Source of the DNA: a virus
Taxonomy: Duplodnaviria; Caudoviricetes
IMG/VR virus record: IMGVR_UViG_3300037312_001491
Coordinates: 24,096-88,095 of that record
Length of the DNA: 64,000 bases
Strand: one strand, 5' to 3'
Program-made: the position numbers and the translations under genes
The notes under the pieces: model-generated
Told to the model about the DNA's origin: nothing
The model's database searches: none
Seen by the model: only the letters and a program-made list of their open reading frames with translations
In this document: piece by piece, positions 7,060-14,214 of the stretch
Layout: each line of letters begins with the position of its first letter
How positions within the stretch are numbered: position 1 is the stretch's first letter

Positions 7060-9221
7060 AGCCCAACCAGGAAGTTCAGACCGTCGCCACGAGCGCGACA
7101 GCGTCGGCGTCGTTCGGCATCTCGCGCGCGGACGAGGCCCACATCATGGGCATCCTGCGCAGCACCCTCTACTCCGACAAGATCCTCGCGGTCCTGCGCG
7201 AGTACGGCGCGAACGCGTGGGACGCCCACCGCTCCGTCGGCCGCGGCGATGTCCCCATCGAGGTGACGTTGCCGACGTACGACGCGCCCGTCCTGCGCAT
7301 CCGCGACCGCGGCCCCGGCCTGTCGCGCAACGAGGTGTTCACCGTCTACACCCAGTACGGCGCGAGTAGCAAGCGCGACGACGACAACGCGGTCGGCATG
7401 CTCGGTATCGGCTCCAAGTCGGGCTTCTCGTACGCGAGCAGCTTCACGATCACGAGCTGGCACGCCGGCACCAAAGCGATCTACGTCGCGGCGCTCGACC
7501 CGAGCAACCGCGGCCTCATCAACCTCATCCACGAGCAGTGCCTGTGCTGCGAACGCCCCGTCGGCACGAAGAAGGACGAGGCCGACGAGACGGTCTACTG
7601 CGAGTGCACCGCGCGGCTCGCGCCCGAGACCGGCATCGAGATCCAGATCGTCGTGAAGCCGGCCGACGTCGACAAGTTCGAGGAGCGCGCCGAGCGGCTG
7701 TACGTCCACTTCGAGCCGCGTCCGACCATCAACATCCAGCTCCCTCCGCCCCCCGAGGGCGGGCTCACGAACGAGCATGGAACCATCCGTCCAGGTGGCC
7801 ACGGTGACTGGGTTGCGGTGATGGGCTGCGTGCCGTACCGCATCCGCCTGGGCGAGCTGGACCTGTGCGCCGAGCACCAGTGCCTGCACAACCTGTCCGG
7901 CATCATCCGGTTCGGCATCGGCGACGTGCAGATCGCCGCCTCGCGCGAGGACCTCGACTACACCGACGCGACGCGCGCCGCCATCACGGCGAAGTTCACG
8001 GAGCTGGTCGACGCGTTCGTCACGCAGTCGGTCGCCGAGCTGGAGGCGATGAGCCTGTGGGACCGGCGCCTCCGCGCGCAGGTGCTCAGCAACCTTGGTA
8101 TCACCCTGCCGGCCGAGTACGGCGAAATCGCCAAGGGCTGGGTGAAGTTGTTCGAGCCGAGCGACGACGGCGTGCCGTTCCGCATGTGGCACGTCAGCGA
8201 GCAGACCAGCCAGATCCAGGTCGAACCGGACACGCGCATCTACATCGACGACACCGGCAAGCTCCTCAAGGGCTACGCCCGCTCGATGGAGCGGCACTAC
8301 TACGTGGTGCGCGCCAAGACGCGCGGCATGTCGTACGACGACCTCAAGGCCGTCGTCGACGAGCACATCAACGCGTGCCTCGTCACCGGCATCCCCATCC
8401 ATCGGCTCTCCGAGCTGCACTGGGACTCGACCGCCAGCTCGCGTGGCGGCCGCTCGTGGGGTGCCGACAAGAGCAAGCACAAGGCGTCGATGTTCGTCCT
8501 CGACCCCGAGGCGCAGTTCAAGCACCCGTTCTCCAACGCGTGGTCGACGGTGACGCGTGTCCCCGAGGACACCGACGTGTTCGTCATCCTGGAGAACTTC
8601 AAACCCAACGGGGTCGACTCGTTCTTCCTGGAGTACCGCGACGACCGCGTGCTCGCCGAGGCGTTCGGCGTCGAGATGCCGCAGGTCTACGGGTACAAGT
8701 CGACGACGAAGAAGACCGTCCGCCCGTCTGACTGCAAGGGGCTCACGTACGACGCGTGGCGCAAGCAGTTCATCAAGGACCTCGGCACGCCCGAGCGCCT
8801 CGCCGAGATCTCCGAGATGTGGTGGGGGCACGTGCTCCGCTACACGGCCGACAGGTACGACCGCAAGTTTCTGCGCGAGCAGCTCGGCCGCGACCACGCC
8901 GTCGTCCGCCTCGTCTCTCGGTGCGCACACGCCGACAGCATGAAGAACCGGGACGCGCTGCTCGCGCTCGCGACTCGGCTTGGCATCGCGAAGGACACGT
9001 CGGCCGCGCACGCGGCACTCGAAGAGATCCTCAACCGCTACCCGCTGCTCCGGTGCAGCGACTACGGCGTCCGGTCGCTGTGGTTGAACTACACCCGGAA
9101 CCACCGCAACGAGTGGTGCAAGTACGTACGCCTCGTTGACGAAAGCCTAAATCGTACCCAGACTGTCGACACCAAGAAAGGAACCGCCACCGATGCAGCC
9201 GATTCCGTACAGCCTGTCTAA
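7056..9221 (+). CDS. rIIA: rIIA-like protein (GHKL ATPase N-terminus)
   Basis: LYSDKILAVLREYGANAWDAH, IRDRGPGLS, GMLGIGSKSGFSY motifs; followed by an rIIB-like gene; GTG start 7056. Confidence 0.85.
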   Translation: MKPNQEVQTVATSATASASFGISRADEAHIMGILRSTLYSDKILAVLREYGANAWDAHRSVGRGDVPIEVTLPTYDAPVLRIRDRGPGLSRNEVFTVYTQYGASSKRDDDNAVGMLGIGSKSGFSYASSFTITSWHAGTKAIYVAALDPSNRGLINLIHEQCLCCERPVGTKKDEADETVYCECTARLAPETGIEIQIVVKPADVDKFEERAERLYVHFEPRPTINIQLPPPPEGGLTNEHGTIRPGGHGDWVAVMGCVPYRIRLGELDLCAEHQCLHNLSGIIRFGIGDVQIAASREDLDYTDATRAAITAKFTELVDAFVTQSVAELEAMSLWDRRLRAQVLSNLGITLPAEYGEIAKGWVKLFEPSDDGVPFRMWHVSEQTSQIQVEPDTRIYIDDTGKLLKGYARSMERHYYVVRAKTRGMSYDDLKAVVDEHINACLVTGIPIHRLSELHWDSTASSRGGRSWGADKSKHKASMFVLDPEAQFKHPFSNAWSTVTRVPEDTDVFVILENFKPNGVDSFFLEYRDDRVLAEAFGVEMPQVYGYKSTTKKTVRPSDCKGLTYDAWRKQFIKDLGTPERLAEISEMWWGHVLRYTADRYDRKFLREQLGRDHAVVRLVSRCAHADSMKNRDALLALATRLGIAKDTSAAHAALEEILNRYPLLRCSDYGVRSLWLNYTRNHRNEWCKYVRLVDESLNRTQTVDTKKGTATDAADSVQPV

Positions 9222-10491
9222 CGACGTCCTGACCGTCACGGTCGAGGGCTCACCCAAGTTCGTCCGCAAGGGTGCCTCCGAGTTCGAGGCCCTGCGCGCC
9301 GCGCTCATCGCCGAGGACTGGGACACCGCGCACTCCTTGCTCAAGCCGGGAGGGGGCGTCGCGCACTACCTCGCGGCCCACAACACCGTCGCCGGTATCG
9401 CGCAGTTCCAGCTGCGCGACGGCCAGCTCTACTTCAACGACGAGCGGGTCCACCCCAACGTCGCTTCGCGCATCGACCGCATGGCGGCCTCTGGCGAGGA
9501 CCCGACGCCGGTGATCCGCTTCTACGAGCGTCTCCAGCAGAACCCGAGCAAGCGGTCCGTCGACCAGCTGTTCGACTTCCTCCAGCACCTCGGCCTGCCG
9601 TTCGAGGCGGACGGCACGTTCCTCGCGTACAAGGGCGTCAACGACGACCTGTCCGACAAGTACACCGGCCGCATCTTCAACACGCCGGGTGCGGTCATCA
9701 AGATCAACCGCAACCTCGTGTCGGACGACCCGCGCACGCCCTGCCACGAGGGACTCCACGTCGGCGCCCACGCGTACGCGAGCACGTTCGCCTCGACCAC
9801 CATCGCGGTGCGCGTCGACCCCAAGAACGTCGTCTGCGTGCCGTACGACTCTAGCAGCCAGAAGATGCGCGTCTGCGAGTACGAGGTCATCGGCCTCCAC
9901 TCGGGTGAGCTGATGCCGAACAACACGATCCCGGCCGCGGACGTGCCGGCGAAGTCCACCGCAGCGAACCTCGCGCCGTGCGCGAATTGCGGTATCCAGA
10001 CGCACGCGGTGGAGAACTTCTGCCACGGCTGCAAGCAGGTCGTGTGCAACGACTGCGACCAGGACCACGACCGCGCGATGGGCCCGCACGAGCTGAGCGA
10101 CCACCTGACCCTCGACTCGCCGGCGGCCGACAGCCGCAAGGGCGAGATCGACCCGGAGTACGAGAACGTCGCGGAGACGGTCGACGCCGTCACCGTCGCG
10201 AACGAGCCGGCGGTCGAGGCGTTCACCGGCGAGCAGCTCGACCAGGCCGTCACCGAGCACGCGCACGAGGCCGAACAGGCCAAGAAGTTTCGTCAGTTCA
10301 AGAAGTTGACGACGCGCCAGCTCCTGGAGCAGACGCTGACCGACCTCCGCGAGTACGCCCTCAAGCTCAAGATCGTCGGCTCGGGGCACATCAAGGGCGG
10401 CAAGACGGCCCTGGTGCCCCACATCGTCAAGGCACGCAGCCTGGCGAACCGCAAGCGCCTCAAGGTGCGCGGCAAGAAGGCCCGGAAGTAG
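9193..10491 (+). CDS. rIIB: rIIB-like protein with C-terminal extension
   Basis: NPSKRSVDQLFDFL, FLAYKGV, DDP..PCHEGLHVGA..YA, VDPKNVVCVP.D...KMRVCEYEV. Confidence 0.85.
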   Translation: MQPIPYSLSNDVLTVTVEGSPKFVRKGASEFEALRAALIAEDWDTAHSLLKPGGGVAHYLAAHNTVAGIAQFQLRDGQLYFNDERVHPNVASRIDRMAASGEDPTPVIRFYERLQQNPSKRSVDQLFDFLQHLGLPFEADGTFLAYKGVNDDLSDKYTGRIFNTPGAVIKINRNLVSDDPRTPCHEGLHVGAHAYASTFASTTIAVRVDPKNVVCVPYDSSSQKMRVCEYEVIGLHSGELMPNNTIPAADVPAKSTAANLAPCANCGIQTHAVENFCHGCKQVVCNDCDQDHDRAMGPHELSDHLTLDSPAADSRKGEIDPEYENVAETVDAVTVANEPAVEAFTGEQLDQAVTEHAHEAEQAKKFRQFKKLTTRQLLEQTLTDLREYALKLKIVGSGHIKGGKTALVPHIVKARSLANRKRLKVRGKKARK

Positions 10492-10503
10492 TCTGAAAAT
10501 CCC

Positions 10504-10532
10504 TTGACGTCCGTCAGCCCAGGCCCTACAAC
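10504..10532 (+). promoter_or_regulatory. sigma70-like promoter
   Basis: TTGACG-17-TACAAC, ATG 7 nt downstream at 10540. Confidence 0.65.
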
Positions 10533-10539
10533 GTGGAAC

Positions 10540-10704
10540 ATGAGCACCGACAAAACGACCGAGACGACTCCCCAGGAGCCGGCCCAGGCCGCCCCGGCGC
10601 CCAAGCAGTGGGGCCGGTTCCACGCCTGGCTGGATGCGCTGCACGCGCACGCCGCGAAAAAGGCGGAACAACGGCCGGGTCCCGACACGTCTTCCGAGGC
10701 GTGA
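10540..10704 (+). CDS. hypothetical protein (54 aa)
   Basis: MSTDKTTETT...; follows the promoter. Confidence 0.55.
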   Translation: MSTDKTTETTPQEPAQAAPAPKQWGRFHAWLDALHAHAAKKAEQRPGPDTSSEA

Positions 10705-10868
10705 ACGACTTCGACGACGAGGAGCCCACCACGGAGGTGGTGGACATACCGATGGCCGAGCTGGTCACCCAGCCGGTCCCCGCCAGGACCTACACCCGCG
10801 AGCGCCGTGAGACTCGGCGCTACGGTTCGCCCGGGCGGATGGTCCTCTCCGTCGGCGGTGGCTCGTGA
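10701..10868 (+). CDS. hypothetical protein (55 aa)
   Basis: GTGA coupling on both sides. Confidence 0.5.
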   Translation: MNDFDDEEPTTEVVDIPMAELVTQPVPARTYTRERRETRRYGSPGRMVLSVGGGS

Positions 10869-11209
10869 CCGCCGAGATGCAGGTCGCCAACGCGGTAGCG
10901 ACCGCCAGGCTCCGCGCGGCGGCCGAACTGATCGCGCTCGGGTGTCCGGCCGACATGATCTGCTGGTACACCCCGCGCACGCAGGGGGGTAACTGCGGGC
11001 TATTGGTCGGCGGGTTCCTCGTCTGGGAAGCCCACGTCGAGTGGGACCGGTCAGGCGAGGTCCCGGTCGCGACCATCGCGACCTGGTGGTGCGGTGGCAC
11101 TTGGGCCGAGACCGGCACCGCGCGCGACTGGCTGCCGGACGCCGAGGTCCAGGCGCACTGGGCCAAGAACGGGGACCCACGAGTTCCCTGGATGGGCCCG
11201 AACCTGTGA
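10865..11209 (+). CDS. hypothetical protein (114 aa, Trp-rich)
   Basis: ORF track; coupled. Confidence 0.6.
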   Translation: MTAEMQVANAVATARLRAAAELIALGCPADMICWYTPRTQGGNCGLLVGGFLVWEAHVEWDRSGEVPVATIATWWCGGTWAETGTARDWLPDAEVQAHWAKNGDPRVPWMGPNL

Positions 11210-11421
11210 CCCACGCCGAGCTGTCCGCCGCGGTCGAGGCCGCCGTCGATGCCGTCGACTTCACCCCGCCCGTGTCCGCCGCGTACTGCCAGGCGGTGTA
11301 TGACGAGCTGGGTCGCCGCGTGCCTGGTGCCATCCGCGACGTTTGCCATAGGTATCGCGAGGTTTACGTCGAGGTCCGCGTCGGGCAGGTCGTCGTTCGC
11401 CTGGTTCTGCCCTGCTCCTGA
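11206..11421 (+). CDS. hypothetical protein (71 aa)
   Basis: GTGA coupling. Confidence 0.55.
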   Translation: MTHAELSAAVEAAVDAVDFTPPVSAAYCQAVYDELGRRVPGAIRDVCHRYREVYVEVRVGQVVVRLVLPCS

Positions 11422-11423
11422 CC

Positions 11424-11439
11424 TGGTACGCAGGTTGCA
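11424..11439 (+). promoter_or_regulatory. sigma54-like -24/-12 element upstream of portal
   Basis: TGGTACGCAGGTTGCA (GG-N10-GC); a second copy TGGCACAGTGGGTGCA at 11455-11470. Confidence 0.5.
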
Positions 11440-11469
11440 GAGGGACCCGTAGGCTGGCACAGTGGGTGC

Positions 11470-14214
11470 ATGGCCGACGAGAAGTCCGGGCGCACGAAGC
11501 GAGGCACGTTTGCACCTGGCACCTCCGGCAACCCCAGCGGCAGGGCGAAGCCCCGAACCGACGCCGCGCCGGTTACCAGGCTGGACGGCTGGCAGAACTT
11601 CTTCTCCGGCCATGGTGTCTACGGCCGCGACAAGCGCCAGGGGACGAGCTTCAAGGCCGCCACCCTGACGTTCGACCAGCTCGCCGAGCTGTGGCGCGGC
11701 GACGACCTCGCGGCACGCGCCGTCGAGACGCTGCCGAAAGAGTCTCTCCGCGAGGGTTACGATCTGTCGATCCCCGAGGCGGCGCTGGGTGGCGAGGACG
11801 AGGCCGAGCGCATCGCCGAGATCGTCGACGCCCTGTCGACACTGGGGGCGGACGAGACGATCCGTACCGGCCTCTGCTACGAGCGTGGCCTAGGTGGTGG
11901 CGCCGTCCTCATCGGCGCGAACGACGGCCAGGACGACCTGACCAAGCCGCTGCGCCTCGAATCCATCCGTTCGCTCGACTGGCTGACCCCGCTCGAACCG
12001 CGCGAGATCATGCCGGTGTACGGCTACGCCGACCCGCGCGCCCCGAAGTACGGCCAGCCCGAGATCTACCGCATCACGAGCCGCACCATCCTGCCACCGC
12101 AGGATGGCAAGTACGGCAACCAGGTGATGGACATCCACGAGTCGCGGCTCCTGGTGTTCCCCGGCATCCGCGTCAGCCGCTACCAGTACATGGCCTCCCA
12201 GGGCGGTTGGGGTGACTCGGTGCTCATCCGCATGTGGCGCGTGCTCCGCGACTTCAACCTCGCGTGGGGCTCCGCCGGCGCGCTCGTCACCGAGTTCGCC
12301 TCGGCGACGTACAAGATGAAGGACCTGTGGACGGCGCTGTCGACGAAGGGCGGCGCGCAGGCGTTCGCCGAACGCCTCCAGGCGATGGACCTGGCACGGT
12401 CGACCATCAACGCGACTGTCATCGACGGCGACGACGACTTCAAGCGCGAGCAGACGCCGATCTCCGGCCTGCCCGACCTCATGGACAAGTTCTCGACGCG
12501 CCTCGCGGCGGCCGCGGACATGCCGCTCACGCTCCTGTTCGGCACGAGCCCGGCGGGCCTCAACGCCACCGGCGAGTCTGACATTCGCTTCTTCTACGAC
12601 CGCGTCGCCGCGTTCCAGCGCGACAAGGTGCTGCCGCAGCTCAAGACGCTGATCCGGATTCTGTTCCGCACACTCGGCTCAAAGGTGGAGCCCGAGAAGT
12701 GGGACGTCGAGTTCCGTCCACTGTGGCAGGAGAGCGCCAAGGACAAGGCCGCCGCGATGCTCACGCAGGCGCAGGCCGACCACATCTGGGTCACCGACGG
12801 CATGCTGTCGGCCGAGGAGGTGGCGGACGCACACTGGGGCACCGGCAAGTGGGTCCCCGACCTCCGCGTCGACTTCGAGGCGCGCGAGCGCCAGGAGGCT
12901 GCGGCCGCCGCGCCGGTCACGCAAGCTGACTTCGCGGCGATGGGTCGCGGCCCCAACGGCCAGCCGCTCCAGCCAATGCCGGGCCAGCGCCAACTCCAGC
13001 CGGGCCCCGCGCAGTTCGGTCGCCCGCAGCCGCAGCCTGGCTTCGGACAGCCGGTGCAGCGCCAGCTCCAGCCCGGCCCGGCGATGCCAGGTCAGAAGCC
13101 GGTCCCTGGCCAGCAGTCACCCGGTCAGGCGCCAGGCGCGGCCGCCGCTCAGGGTGCCGCCCCCGGCGCAGCTCCGGGCGCGAAGGCGTCGAAGCTCGGC
13201 GCCAGCGGCTACCGCTACGCACCGGACGTCACCCAGCGTGGCCAGGGGGCCGACGACGACATCGACCGCAAGCCGCGCTCGATGGTGCTGTCGAACGACG
13301 CCGACGACCGTCCGCAGCTCAGCGTGGTGCGCGAGGACGTGATCGAGCATGCGTCCGACGGATGGCACGTCTACTCCGAGACCGAGCCGCGCAAGCATCT
13401 CGGCGGCCCGTACCAGACGAAGGAAGGCGCGATTGAACGACTGCGCCAGGTCGAGGGCCACGCCCGTGACGACAGCTTCAACCCGGACCAGCCACGCGCC
13501 GAGAATGGCGAGTGGGGCGAGGGCGGCGCCGGTGGCGCGCACCCGAGCGCACCGACGTCCGGCGAGCACGCCGCAGCGCAGGGCACCTCGTTCGAGCAGG
13601 CCGTCCACGCGGTCTCAGCCGGCGAGAAGCACGGCATGACCGCCGAGCACTTCAAGGCGCTCGTCGAGAGGAAGAAGGCGGAGTCCGACGCGCACAAGAA
13701 CGCGGTCCAGGCGTTCGCCGCCAAGCTCACGCCGATCGAGACGCAGGTCTCCAATGGCTACGGCGTGTTCGGAGAGGTCGTCAACGGTGCACTCCGCGCC
13801 GGTCGCCCGCCCAGCTCGGCCGACGAGAAGGCCGCGATCGGTGCGCTCGATAGTGCCATCAGGAAGTCGAAGGCGCCGGCCGACATGATCGTGTACCGCG
13901 GCATCCACAGTGACCGGGACCCGATGGCCAAGCTCAAGCCCGGTGTCGTCATCCGCGACAAGGGTTACGTGTCGACGACAGGTTCCCGAGACATTGCGGC
14001 CGAGTTCGCGCACCGGGAACACACCGGCAAGCTCGATCCGTCGTCCACGAGCGTCATCGTGAGGATCAAGGTTCCCAAGGGCCACCCAGCCGCGCCGATT
14101 CCGTCGACGTACCGGTTCGAGCACGAGTACCTCCTGCCTCGCGGCAGCAAGTTCAAGATCACCTCGGTCGCGAAAGAGGGCGGGGACACCGTCGTCGAAG
14201 CGGAGGCCCTGTGA
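11470..14214 (+). CDS. portal protein (DUF1073-type) fused to C-terminal ADP-ribosyltransferase
   Basis: aa ~30-470 portal-like (LWRGDDLAARAVETLP, IHESRLL, WGDSVL, GTSPAGLNATGESDIRFFYD, EFRPLWQ); Q/P linker; ART motifs VYRG (13894), STT (13972), EHE (14119). Confidence 0.85.
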   Translation: MADEKSGRTKRGTFAPGTSGNPSGRAKPRTDAAPVTRLDGWQNFFSGHGVYGRDKRQGTSFKAATLTFDQLAELWRGDDLAARAVETLPKESLREGYDLSIPEAALGGEDEAERIAEIVDALSTLGADETIRTGLCYERGLGGGAVLIGANDGQDDLTKPLRLESIRSLDWLTPLEPREIMPVYGYADPRAPKYGQPEIYRITSRTILPPQDGKYGNQVMDIHESRLLVFPGIRVSRYQYMASQGGWGDSVLIRMWRVLRDFNLAWGSAGALVTEFASATYKMKDLWTALSTKGGAQAFAERLQAMDLARSTINATVIDGDDDFKREQTPISGLPDLMDKFSTRLAAAADMPLTLLFGTSPAGLNATGESDIRFFYDRVAAFQRDKVLPQLKTLIRILFRTLGSKVEPEKWDVEFRPLWQESAKDKAAAMLTQAQADHIWVTDGMLSAEEVADAHWGTGKWVPDLRVDFEARERQEAAAAAPVTQADFAAMGRGPNGQPLQPMPGQRQLQPGPAQFGRPQPQPGFGQPVQRQLQPGPAMPGQKPVPGQQSPGQAPGAAAAQGAAPGAAPGAKASKLGASGYRYAPDVTQRGQGADDDIDRKPRSMVLSNDADDRPQLSVVREDVIEHASDGWHVYSETEPRKHLGGPYQTKEGAIERLRQVEGHARDDSFNPDQPRAENGEWGEGGAGGAHPSAPTSGEHAAAQGTSFEQAVHAVSAGEKHGMTAEHFKALVERKKAESDAHKNAVQAFAAKLTPIETQVSNGYGVFGEVVNGALRAGRPPSSADEKAAIGALDSAIRKSKAPADMIVYRGIHSDRDPMAKLKPGVVIRDKGYVSTTGSRDIAAEFAHREHTGKLDPSSTSVIVRIKVPKGHPAAPIPSTYRFEHEYLLPRGSKFKITSVAKEGGDTVVEAEAL

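Noticed and set aside
7029-9104. Long antisense/alternative-frame ORFs throughout (e.g. 7029-9104, 13965-16154, 25119-27005, 33276-35228, 58961-61456)
   Set aside because: Shadow ORFs expected at this GC content. They mirror real genes on the other strand and show no motifs or RBS coupling.
11470-12900. DUF1073 sometimes labelled anti-CBASS Acb1
   Set aside because: Size, motifs and position before MuF/protease/capsid indicate a portal; no 2H-phosphoesterase HxT motifs recognised.
12960-13200. Imperfect repeats QRQLQPGPA in the portal linker
   Set aside because: Low-complexity Gln/Pro linker; only two degenerate copies, with no sign of an array.
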